64,000 bases of DNA from an uncultured Fidelibacterota bacterium (GTDB taxonomy: Bacteria > Fidelibacterota > Marinisomatia > Marinisomatales > Marinisomataceae): positions 4,520 through 68,519 of the forward strand of contig CACNWW010000003.1 in the NCBI GenBank assembly GCA_902624275.1, read 5' to 3'. Positions 53,696 to 64,000 of the stretch are shown here, one piece after another; the stretch's first letter is position 1; each line of letters opens with the position of its first letter. The notes under the pieces were generated by a model. The model made no database searches and had not been told where the DNA came from. It was given only the letters and a program-made list of their open reading frames with translations. The position numbers and the translations under genes were made by a program.

Positions 53696-56600
53696 TTACC
53701 AGTCGTAACCGAAAGATATTATATATTGAGGTTTTGAATAACCTCCGCTTGGGTATTTATCCCATGCTGTATCAATTCTAATTAAAGCAAATGGAGTGAA
53801 GATTTTTGTTCCGATACCAAAGGTAGTCAAAATTGGAGATGCTTCAGGATCAGTAAGCCCATATTTATTTCTAACTAAATCACTATTATTAAATTCATCA
53901 GAAGAGTCCCAAGCTGCTCCAATATCTAAAAATAAATGTCCAAAAATATTTCCAAATCTTATCCTTGCAGGAAAACTTACATCAACATAGTTAACAAATG
54001 GAAATCTAAATTCAAAGTTAGCTACAGCTACGTTTTCTCCAACTCTTTCTCTATATCTAGCACCTCTCAAGGGAAAGACATATTCACTAAAATAAACATC
54101 CTCTAGAATACTTGTATTGTCATAATCCAGAACTCGCTGAGCATAAAACCCAGAATCATCTCTTCCTTCCGTTTGAGTATCAGAGAAAATCATCATTTGT
54201 GAATTCCCACCTAAGAAGAACTTTTGAGGTCTATCTCCAACACTTTTACCCAACATTAATCTTGCTGCTAAACTATAATTTCTGTTAATCTTATAATATT
54301 TGCGCATATCAAATTTTAAAGTTTGAAATGGGATAGAATTTGAACCTATATCAGGACTAAATTGAAATGTAAGATATTGCTTGAATCCATCTACTGGACC
54401 AGTATAACCATTAGTAGAATTATCAAATACAAAACTTGTAATTGGAACCACTGCTTTTAAATTTTCTTTATAATTTGTAGAAGTTTGAAATGTAAAAATG
54501 TCAAATTGCTTAACTTCATAATCTACATTTCTTAGCGTAGCTCCAAAATCTAATCTCATAAATTTAGAAAAAGGGTATTGTCCGTAAAATCCAATACCGT
54601 AATCTCTAAGTTGGCCAATGAAGTCATAATTCATATTATATCCTAAAGAAAATGTATTAGCCTGTTGAAATAATGTAGTATAATAATTTGTTCTATTTTT
54701 TAGATATGCATACTGAACTACTAAATCGCTATTATTTAAATCAAAAACTAAATTGGTACCAATGTTGATTCTATGATCACCCATTACGTCGCTCCACGAT
54801 AAGTTTGCGACACCACGCGTTCCAAAAAGATTATCAATGGTTGCTGTAGTGGCGATATAATCTACAGAAAAATCTGTTTGATATTTTCTTGCTAAATAAT
54901 CATCCTGAAAACGCAAAGAATCAACTTCTACTTCTTCATTATTATCTTTCTTATCATTTCTGTACTGATAATTTCTGGCAAAAATATATTTGGAATAATC
55001 TTCTGGACTTAATGTGACTTTTTTGCTTGTAAAAGTTCTTAAATCTTCAAAATCAGTACTACGGTTTTTATTTGCATAAAATTTTGTAGGCTTAATTTCC
55101 TTTTCTGAAAAAGAATTAGAATTATTCATTGTATATAAATCCCAACCTCGTTTCTTAAATCCTGAAAAAACCAAATTATCACTACTATCTAAATCTATCT
55201 GCTGAACACCAGTAACAACATTAGTAATTGGAAAAGCTTCATTGTTACTAAGATTATGTTTAAAAATATTTGTAATACCATTATAGTCTGCAGTATAAAA
55301 TAAATTTCCATCTGAACTGGCAACTGGATAATTTTCATTATATTCAGTATTAGTTATTTGTGAAACTGTGTTAGTTTGATAACTGTATTGAAATATATCA
55401 GTTTGAGAAAAATCAACATCATACATACTGTTAGCGCTAGTATTCTGACCTCTATCTGAAGTAAAATAAATTATTTCACCATTTAAAGACCAGCTTGGAG
55501 AAGATTCTGAAAAAATATCTTTGGTAATGTTTGTAACCTCTTTTGTTGTTAAATCAATAACATAAATGTCACTTGAATCATCCTTGTGACCCATAAATGC
55601 AATCTTATTTTCACTTGGGTGCCATGAAGTAGTAAAAACTCCATCAAGATCTATAGGAATCTTTTTATATTTTCCAGATTCAATATCTACAATGATAATT
55701 GAATCTTGCTCTCCACTCTTAGAAGCAAATGATATTGATTTCCCATCTGGTGACCAAGAAATTCCAGGTTGCAACCATTTTAATTCCTCAAAATCTGGAG
55801 TAGTATTTCCTCTAATTAGGCGCCTTTTTTGCTTTTCAGAATCAACCTCATATAAAATTAAATCCATATAGCCATCTTGGTCAGAAAAGTAAGCAATAGT
55901 ATTACCATCTGGCGAAAATGAAGGGCTAACATTATAAAAATTTCTTGTTTCAGTTCTATCAGTTATTTTTGTTGAAAAGTCATCAAAATTTTCCCTATTT
56001 ACTAGGTCAGGCCAATATTCCCTTTTAACAAAATCATGCCAATCTTCAGTAAGTTTTTCATAATCAACTCCCAAAGCGCTTTCAAAACCGCGCTCATCAT
56101 TCTGCGCTCTTTTCATTTGCTGAAAAATTTCACCAACTTTCTCTCTGCCATATTTTTGAGTAATGTATTGCCAAACAGACTGTCCTCCTTTATATGCTAA
56201 AATAGAATAATTAAGTTCAGGTATTGAAGGCAGTCTGTCTTCTATTGCTAGATCTCTTAATACCATATCTGAATTAGTATCCCAGTCAACAGATAAAAAT
56301 TCAGCTAAACCTTCATTGGCCCACAGCGGAACTTGTACACGGATTCTTCCACTTATCAAACCTTGTGCATTCCCTCCATACACCAGCTCATTTATCGCTG
56401 CATGAACGAGCTCATGATGAATTACATGTTCAAACTGTTCATAGGAACCTTCAAAAGGAATAACAATTCTATTTTTATATAATTCCGTTACTCCTCCAAC
56501 ACCCTCTGACATATATACATTTACAACGTTTGTTTGCTGGAAATCGTTATGAGATGTATAAACAATAATTTTAATTGGCTTATTACTTCTCCATCTTAAA

Positions 56601-56803
56601 TGTTTACCAATTTGTTCGATGGATCTTTCTGCTACTTTAGATGTAAAAATAGCTAAGTCTTTGTTATCTCCGTAGTAATAAATATTGGTATTTGGACTTA
56701 CAATGTATTCCCAATCAAAGGATTCATATTGAACCTTATTTTGCCCAAAACTTTGTGGATATAAAAGATTAGTTAATAATAATATAGTAAGTATAATGCG
56801 CAT
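53696..56803 (-). CDS. Large outer-membrane fusion protein: HExxH metallopeptidase-like N-domain + TolB-like PD40 beta-propeller repeats + Omp85-like C-terminal beta-barrel
   Basis: 1035 aa. Signal peptide, HELVH at aa 130-134, and at least five PD40-type repeats (SPSFSPDGNTIAY, SWSPDGKSISF, SWHPSENKIAF, SPSWSLNGEIIYF, ASSDGNLFY). The C-terminus has an LRGARY...E.RFPF pattern and a terminal aromatic (GYDW). Confidence 0.65.
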   Translation of the reverse strand: MRIILTILLLTNLLYPQSFGQNKVQYESFDWEYIVSPNTNIYYYGDNKDLAIFTSKVAERSIEQIGKHLRWRSNKPIKIIVYTSHNDFQQTNVVNVYMSEGVGGVTELYKNRIVIPFEGSYEQFEHVIHHELVHAAINELVYGGNAQGLISGRIRVQVPLWANEGLAEFLSVDWDTNSDMVLRDLAIEDRLPSIPELNYSILAYKGGQSVWQYITQKYGREKVGEIFQQMKRAQNDERGFESALGVDYEKLTEDWHDFVKREYWPDLVNRENFDDFSTKITDRTETRNFYNVSPSFSPDGNTIAYFSDQDGYMDLILYEVDSEKQKRRLIRGNTTPDFEELKWLQPGISWSPDGKSISFASKSGEQDSIIIVDIESGKYKKIPIDLDGVFTTSWHPSENKIAFMGHKDDSSDIYVIDLTTKEVTNITKDIFSESSPSWSLNGEIIYFTSDRGQNTSANSMYDVDFSQTDIFQYSYQTNTVSQITNTEYNENYPVASSDGNLFYTADYNGITNIFKHNLSNNEAFPITNVVTGVQQIDLDSSDNLVFSGFKKRGWDLYTMNNSNSFSEKEIKPTKFYANKNRSTDFEDLRTFTSKKVTLSPEDYSKYIFARNYQYRNDKKDNNEEVEVDSLRFQDDYLARKYQTDFSVDYIATTATIDNLFGTRGVANLSWSDVMGDHRINIGTNLVFDLNNSDLVVQYAYLKNRTNYYTTLFQQANTFSLGYNMNYDFIGQLRDYGIGFYGQYPFSKFMRLDFGATLRNVDYEVKQFDIFTFQTSTNYKENLKAVVPITSFVFDNSTNGYTGPVDGFKQYLTFQFSPDIGSNSIPFQTLKFDMRKYYKINRNYSLAARLMLGKSVGDRPQKFFLGGNSQMMIFSDTQTEGRDDSGFYAQRVLDYDNTSILEDVYFSEYVFPLRGARYRERVGENVAVANFEFRFPFVNYVDVSFPARIRFGNIFGHLFLDIGAAWDSSDEFNNSDLVRNKYGLTDPEASPILTTFGIGTKIFTPFALIRIDTAWDKYPSGGYSKPQYIISFGYDW

Positions 56804-56949
56804 ATGATTTTATAAGTTAAAAAATTGATAAAGTTTCAAATAATTTATTTATTCAAAATATTTTCATTATCAAAGATAGTATAATTTAAGACAAAAATTT
56901 TAAATTATTAATTCATTGATGCAATTTTTATAAAAGATTAAGTTTTTTA

Positions 56950-57681
56950 ATGCAATTACCAATCTATTTTTTTGGAGATAATCACTTTTCTCCAACTCCT
57001 TCATTATCTAATGAACATAAAATCAAGAAAATGGAAGAGTTTATCCGTGAAATTGAAAAGTCTAAAGGAAGTATCTTTATTATGGGGGATTTTTTTGATT
57101 ATTACTTCGAATACAACAAAAATAATCCAAATTATTTTGAAAAGATTTTTTTATTACTAGAAAAAATAAAAAGCAAAGGAATTGAAATATATTTTATAGC
57201 GGGGAATCATGATTTTTGGATAGGAAAAGAATTTGAATCACTAACAACAAAATCTTTTTTAAATGATCAAATTTTATTTGCAGGAAATAAAAGAATTTAT
57301 GTCACTCATGGAGACGGTATCCTATCTTGGGATAAAGGATATCGATTATTAAAGATTATTTTAAGAAGTAAAATTTTTCGTTTTTTATACTCTTTATTAC
57401 CAAAAAGTATTGCGTTTAAAGTTGCAGAAAAAATTTCATATGAAAGAAAAGATTCACACAAAATTGATAATAAAAAGTTAGATAAAATTCACTCGGAGTT
57501 GATTGAATTTGCTAGATCAAAATGGAATAAAGATTGTGACATTGTAATCATGGGACACTATCATCATTCATTTAATTTTAATGAAAATCAAAAACAATTA
57601 ATTATACTTGATGATTGCTGTGATCAACAATTTAATTATGCCAAATATGATGGCAATTCAATTATTATAAAAAGTTTATAA
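56950..57681 (+). CDS. lpxH: Calcineurin-like metallophosphoesterase, LpxH-like UDP-2,3-diacylglucosamine hydrolase
   Basis: 243 aa. GDNHF, GDFFDYYF, AGNHDFW, THGDG and GHYHH motifs in LpxH order and at LpxH size. Confidence 0.55.
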   Translation: MQLPIYFFGDNHFSPTPSLSNEHKIKKMEEFIREIEKSKGSIFIMGDFFDYYFEYNKNNPNYFEKIFLLLEKIKSKGIEIYFIAGNHDFWIGKEFESLTTKSFLNDQILFAGNKRIYVTHGDGILSWDKGYRLLKIILRSKIFRFLYSLLPKSIAFKVAEKISYERKDSHKIDNKKLDKIHSELIEFARSKWNKDCDIVIMGHYHHSFNFNENQKQLIILDDCCDQQFNYAKYDGNSIIIKSL

Positions 57682-58605
57682 CTAAACTTTATTTGCTAGA
57701 GTTACCATAATAGCATTTTGGGTATGTAGTCTATTCTCAGCTTGCTCAAATACTATGGAATTTTGAGAATCAATTACTTGATTGGTAACTTCTCTGCCTC
57801 TTTCAGCTGGCAAGCAATGCATAAACATATAATCATTTTTTGCATGTTGTATCAAATCATTATTTACCTGCAAAGGAGAAAATATTTTTACCCTTTCATC
57901 CACTTCTTCTTTTTGACCCATTGATGCCCAAACATCTGTATAAATAACATCAGCATCTTTTACTCCCTGAATTGGGTCATGAAGAATATTTATTGAAGAA
58001 ATATTTTTAGAATTGGCATATGAAATTGTTCCTGCGTCAGGTTCATACCCTTTAGGACAAACGCAATTGAATTCAAAGGGTAATACTGAAGCTAATCTTA
58101 TCCATGAGTTAACAATATTATTTCCATCACCAACATATACAATCTTTAAATCACTTAAATTATCTTTTTTTTGCTCCCAAATTGTAAACATATCAGTAAG
58201 AATTTGGCATGGATGGTTATAATCAGTTAAACCATTCACAACTGGAACAGTAGCATGTTTTTCAAATTCCAACATATCATTATGACTATATACTCTTGCC
58301 ATAATCATATCATTATATCTACTGAAAAGTTGAGCTAAATCACCTGCACTCTCACGAGTTCCTAAGCCGATGTCTTGGGGAGCTAAATAAATTGCATGCC
58401 CTCCCATCCAAGCAAAACCTGTTTCAAATGAAACTCTGGTTCGCGCAGAAGGTTTTGCAAATATCATAGCCATGGAGTGGTCTTTGAAGGGTTGATAACT
58501 TTCTTTATTTCTATATTTAAACTTTAATTCAGCAGCCAATTCAAATAAATCTAAAATCTCATTTTTACTAAAGTCATCTACTCTTATACAATGTTTTACG
58601 CTCAT
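57682..58605 (-). CDS. argF: Ornithine carbamoyltransferase
   Basis: 307 aa. SARTRVSFE, HPCQ, DVWASMG, HCLPA. Confidence 0.88.
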   Translation of the reverse strand: MSVKHCIRVDDFSKNEILDLFELAAELKFKYRNKESYQPFKDHSMAMIFAKPSARTRVSFETGFAWMGGHAIYLAPQDIGLGTRESAGDLAQLFSRYNDMIMARVYSHNDMLEFEKHATVPVVNGLTDYNHPCQILTDMFTIWEQKKDNLSDLKIVYVGDGNNIVNSWIRLASVLPFEFNCVCPKGYEPDAGTISYANSKNISSINILHDPIQGVKDADVIYTDVWASMGQKEEVDERVKIFSPLQVNNDLIQHAKNDYMFMHCLPAERGREVTNQVIDSQNSIVFEQAENRLHTQNAIMVTLANKV

Positions 58606-59891
58606 TTTTCTATCCTTTGATTTACATTTTTAATATCTAATAGCTTCCTATACTTAGCAACCGTTCTTCTTGCTATTAGAAAATCTTTTTCATTTAATTT
58701 CTCTACAATATCTGAATCAGATAATGGAGATTTCTTATCCTCGGCATCTATTATTTCAAGCATCACTTTTTTAAGCTCATTAGTAGATGCAGTTTTACCA
58801 GATTTTTTAGTTAATGCGTTTGAAAATAAACTTTTTAAACTAATTAATCCAATTGGTGTATCAATATATTTATTTTTGACCACTCTACTAATACTTGAAA
58901 TATCTTTATCAATTTTATTTGCAATATCTTCTAATTTTAATGGATTTAAAAATTCACTTTTATTGCTTAAAAAATTTCCCTGCACTAATAAAATCTGCTC
59001 AATAACATCCTTTAGTGTATTAGATCTATAATTCAATGTATCTAAGATATTCTGTGCATCACTAATATGGTTTTTTAAGAAAGTTTTTTCTTCTTTTGAA
59101 GAATTTGAATTCATTGCTGCATCAAGATAGTCTTGCGAAATTTGATACTTATTTAATAGTCTATCATTTATAAGAATCAACCACTTATCTTCTTTTTCCT
59201 TTACTATAGCATCTGGTAAAACATTTTCGATGCCTAAATCATTATCAAGAATGGGAGAAAAATTTTGATCTGAAATGAATGAAAAGGCTTCATCAATTTC
59301 TTTGTCCGTACAATTTATATGTTGTTTTATTTTATCTTTATCCTGATTTAGAAAATCATCAAAATAATTTTCAACTATTTTGTTTGATAGTGTATTAGAA
59401 TCTCCAATTTGAAAAGTTAAATACTCTTTCAAATCTTTGCTTCCCACACCCTCTGGATTAAGCTCCATTACTTCTTTTCTGATTTGTTCTATTTCTTCAA
59501 CATCAACGTTATGATTATCTGCTATTAACTCTAACTCAATATCTAAAAATCCATTCTTATCTAAATTAAATACTATTTCTTTTCCAATTAATTTTGATTT
59601 CTCATCAAGATTTGATGTATCAATTTGAATTATTAAATCATCAGTGATGTCCTTGCTTTCTGGAACATTCGCTAAGAATAGTTCATAGCTACTTTGATCT
59701 TGAAATGAATCTACCTGATCATTGGATCTTGATTCTTCAATGCTTTTTTCTTCAATTACAGGGTTTACTTGTATTTCATTTTCCAAATCTTTTTCAAGCT
59801 CATCAATAGATAACTCTAATAGTCTAGATTTTATAATTTGCTGAGGAACTATAGATTGTTTTTGTCTAAGCTTGGTAGAAAGTTTGTTCAT
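58602..59891 (-). CDS. rpoN: RNA polymerase sigma-54 factor
   Basis: 429 aa. C-terminal RpoN box ARRTVAKYR, and a conserved position downstream of lptB. Confidence 0.9.
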   Translation of the reverse strand: MNKLSTKLRQKQSIVPQQIIKSRLLELSIDELEKDLENEIQVNPVIEEKSIEESRSNDQVDSFQDQSSYELFLANVPESKDITDDLIIQIDTSNLDEKSKLIGKEIVFNLDKNGFLDIELELIADNHNVDVEEIEQIRKEVMELNPEGVGSKDLKEYLTFQIGDSNTLSNKIVENYFDDFLNQDKDKIKQHINCTDKEIDEAFSFISDQNFSPILDNDLGIENVLPDAIVKEKEDKWLILINDRLLNKYQISQDYLDAAMNSNSSKEEKTFLKNHISDAQNILDTLNYRSNTLKDVIEQILLVQGNFLSNKSEFLNPLKLEDIANKIDKDISSISRVVKNKYIDTPIGLISLKSLFSNALTKKSGKTASTNELKKVMLEIIDAEDKKSPLSDSDIVEKLNEKDFLIARRTVAKYRKLLDIKNVNQRIEK

Positions 59892-60619
59892 TGATCCAAT
59901 TTAAAATTTTTACCTAAGTATATTCTTCTAACTTCCTCATCATTTGCTAAGGTTTGGGCATCTCCTGATTTTAAGATCTTTCCTCCGTACAGAAGGTATG
60001 ACCTATCTGTAATTGAAAGTGTCTCTCTAACATTATGATCAGTAATTAGCACTCCAATATTTTGCTGTTTTAAAGAAATTATCATCTGTTGAATATCTTC
60101 AACCGCAATCGGATCAACACCTGCAAATGGTTCATCTAACAATACAAAGTCAGGTTTTAAAGCTAAAGTACGACATATTTCAACTCTACGTCTTTCTCCG
60201 CCTGATAATCCAGCTCCAATATTATTTCTTATGTGAGAAATATTAAATTCGTTTAGTAGTTTATCAATTAGTTGGTTTTGTTCTTCTTTGTTGGGAATAA
60301 TTGTTTCAAGCACAATTTTCAAATTATCTTCGACACTTAATTTCCCAAAAATTGATGGTTCTTGAGCTAAATATCCAATCCCCATTCTAGCTCTTTTGTA
60401 CATTGGAGACTTTGTTATATCTTCATCTCCAAAAATTATTTTACCTGAAGAAGGCCTTATCATACCAGTAATCATATAAAATGTTGTGGTCTTTCCTGCC
60501 CCGTTCGGCCCTAAAAGACCTACGACTTCACCTTTATTTAAATTTAAATCAATGTCATTAACGGCATAAAAATCTGCATATTTTTTAACAAGATTTTCTG
60601 CTCTTAATACTTTAGTCAT
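59888..60619 (-). CDS. lptB: LPS export ABC transporter ATP-binding protein LptB
   Basis: 243 aa. GPNGAGKTT, LSGGERRRVEI, LLDEPFAG. Located between lptC and rpoN. Confidence 0.9.
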   Translation of the reverse strand: MTKVLRAENLVKKYADFYAVNDIDLNLNKGEVVGLLGPNGAGKTTTFYMITGMIRPSSGKIIFGDEDITKSPMYKRARMGIGYLAQEPSIFGKLSVEDNLKIVLETIIPNKEEQNQLIDKLLNEFNISHIRNNIGAGLSGGERRRVEICRTLALKPDFVLLDEPFAGVDPIAVEDIQQMIISLKQQNIGVLITDHNVRETLSITDRSYLLYGGKILKSGDAQTLANDEEVRRIYLGKNFKLDQ

Positions 60620-61142
60620 TATTTATTCTTCCTCTTGGTTGCAAAATATTCCAATCAGTTAGGTCTATATTAGATTTAAATCCAGTTCCATAAAGTGTAT
60701 CCGTATCTGAAGTAACAAATGTAAGATTTGCATCAGTATAAATTTTATCAGAATTATTATCCCATGTTAAAGAGTCTGTCATAAGTATTTTCCCGTCATT
60801 AGAAATGACCATAACAGTTCCGTAAGCTTTGATTCTATTTTCTTTTTCATTTACCATTGCAGATTGTGATTTAATTAAAGATTTATGCTGAAGATCTTCA
60901 TCAAATAAATCAACATTAACGTTATCATATAGCTCTAATTGTAATGATTGATTATTCTTTTTTAAGATTTCGGATTTGATTTTTGCAGTAATATTACCTT
61001 TTTTTGTTAATGTAATTTCGACATTTGTTGATAATTGATCATGTACGTCTTTTTCAGCATTATTGATGACTTCATTTTTCGAACATGAAACAAAAAAAAG
61101 CATTAAAAAGATTGTTAATTTCTTGTTTAAATCTAATATCAT
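60612..61142 (-). CDS. lptC: LptC-like LPS export protein (OstA-fold), lipobox-like N-terminus
   Basis: 176 aa. Position between kdsC and lptB, a beta-jellyroll-like repetitive pattern, and N-terminus LMLFFVSCSK. Confidence 0.55.
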   Translation of the reverse strand: MILDLNKKLTIFLMLFFVSCSKNEVINNAEKDVHDQLSTNVEITLTKKGNITAKIKSEILKKNNQSLQLELYDNVNVDLFDEDLQHKSLIKSQSAMVNEKENRIKAYGTVMVISNDGKILMTDSLTWDNNSDKIYTDANLTFVTSDTDTLYGTGFKSNIDLTDWNILQPRGRINND

Positions 61143-61681
61143 CTTAGCTCTCTAAGTAATTTATCTAATTGTTCAGTAAAATCACCTCTAGATTCAATAA
61201 GTAGGTCGATTACCTCTCTTACTGCGCCTTTACCCCCTTCAAGTAAAGTGGTATAGTGCGAATAATTAGATATATACTTTGGAGCATTTGGTACTGTAAC
61301 AGCAAATCCAACTTTTTCTAAAATAGGTATATCAATAATGTCATCTCCAATGAAACAAACTTCATTATCTAATACCCCATATTTCTTTTTTAATTCATCG
61401 TATGCATCAATTTTACGAATTACTCCATTATATACGTCATCAATCTGAAGCTCTTCTCCTCTTTGAATAGTTGTAAGAGATTCTCTTCCAGTAATCCATG
61501 CAGTTTTAATATTAAGATTCAATAATCTAAGCATTACAAAACCAACACCATCAAGAGCATTAAAAGATCTCAACTCATCTCCAGATGTACTTTTAATAAA
61601 TGATCCATCTGTGAGTACGCCATCGATATCACAAATCAATAATTTTATTTTAGAAAGTGAATCTTGTAATTTTTTATCCAT
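61139..61681 (-). CDS. kdsC: KDO 8-phosphate phosphatase (HAD-IIIA, YrbI family)
   Basis: 180 aa. LLICDIDGVLTDG, GDDIIDIP. Confidence 0.88.
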   Translation of the reverse strand: MDKKLQDSLSKIKLLICDIDGVLTDGSFIKSTSGDELRSFNALDGVGFVMLRLLNLNIKTAWITGRESLTTIQRGEELQIDDVYNGVIRKIDAYDELKKKYGVLDNEVCFIGDDIIDIPILEKVGFAVTVPNAPKYISNYSHYTTLLEGGKGAVREVIDLLIESRGDFTEQLDKLLRELR

Positions 61682-62495
61682 GACTTAAATATGTTTCTCT
61701 AAAAGCAATAATAGATGTTAATATTTTTTCAAGTTTATCAATAGGCCATTGTGTGCTAGCATCACTTAGTGCATGATCTACATCATCATGCACTTCCATA
61801 AATATTCCATTTGCACCTGATGAAACAGCAGCAAATGTTTGGGAAGGAATAAATTGTCTATTTCCACCTGTTTTTGATTCATGATTTCCAGGTATTTGTG
61901 CACTATGTGTGGCATCAAAAATAACAGGATAACCAAATGACTGCATTATAGGAATCGATTTTAAGTCTGTAACTAAACTATCAAAACCAAAAGTATTACC
62001 TCTCTCTGTTATTAAGATATCTTTATTACCACTTTCTTCTAATTTATTAATGATATTTTCTACCTTATAAGGAGATAAAAATTGTCCTTTTTTAACGTTC
62101 ACTACTTTACCAGTTTGCGCTGCTGCAACTAATAAATCAGTTTGCCTACAAAGAAATGCTGGGATTTGAATAATATCTACAACATTGCTAACTGCATTGG
62201 CATGTTCAGGTAAATGAATATCCGTAGTGACCGGAATATTAAAGTTATTTTTTATTTCTTCTAAAATCTTTAATCCAGTATCTAAACCATCTCCTCTAAA
62301 TGATGAAATAGATGTCCTGTTAGCCTTATCAAAAGAACTCTTAAAGACAAATGGGATATTTAGCTTAGATGTAATTTCAGTTATTTTTTCAGCAATGCCG
62401 AAACAGTGATCTCTGCTTTCAATAACACATGGACCTCCAATGAAAGGTATAGCCCTATCTCCAAAAATAATGTTATCTAGCTTTACTTTATTCAT
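61674..62495 (-). CDS. kdsA: 3-deoxy-8-phosphooctulonate synthase
   Basis: 273 aa. GPCVIES, FKSSFDKANRTS, VIFDATHS. Confidence 0.93.
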   Translation of the reverse strand: MNKVKLDNIIFGDRAIPFIGGPCVIESRDHCFGIAEKITEITSKLNIPFVFKSSFDKANRTSISSFRGDGLDTGLKILEEIKNNFNIPVTTDIHLPEHANAVSNVVDIIQIPAFLCRQTDLLVAAAQTGKVVNVKKGQFLSPYKVENIINKLEESGNKDILITERGNTFGFDSLVTDLKSIPIMQSFGYPVIFDATHSAQIPGNHESKTGGNRQFIPSQTFAAVSSGANGIFMEVHDDVDHALSDASTQWPIDKLEKILTSIIAFRETYLSHG

Positions 62496-62497
62496 AT

Positions 62498-64000
<1,503 letters not shown>

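Overview
Strongly AT-rich, very gene-dense bacterial chromosomal segment. It reads cleanly in the standard bacterial code, and I call about 66 CDS and 4 tRNAs, with many 4-20 nt gene overlaps. Most of the window is housekeeping backbone. This includes pcrA, mltG, kdsD, secA-nusB, leucine dehydrogenase, phoH and aspS, then a complete F1Fo ATP synthase operon. It also includes bactofilin/M23 peptidase, parAB, tdh-kbl, secDF, tgt, bcp and argF. A pyrG-kdsA-kdsC-lptC-lptB-rpoN cluster sits at the right edge. Several features point to a streamlined marine Gram-negative of an FCB-like lineage (Marinimicrobia/Bacteroidota-related): LPS/KDO genes, sigma-54, a TonB-dependent receptor with a CarboxypepD_reg-type N-domain, and a DUF3098-like protein. 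A short ATP synthase epsilon, a long a subunit and many genes without a Shine-Dalgarno sequence fit the same picture. This taxonomic placement is inference only. The only clearly accessory stretch is about 36.1-47.8 kb, between tRNA-Arg(TCT) and the region upstream of a TonB-dependent receptor. It holds a small internally duplicated protein with strong expression signals. It also holds a 44-bp direct repeat of the tRNA-Arg 3' half that brackets one of two divergent paralogous surface lipoproteins. Further along are a phytase-like, PiT-like, SDR and SGNH gene set, and three 70-bp tandem repeats that include the receptor start codon. I recognise no CRISPR array, IS element, integrase, toxin-antitoxin pair or known defence system. 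All novelty claims below are modest and need database and comparative checks that I cannot run.
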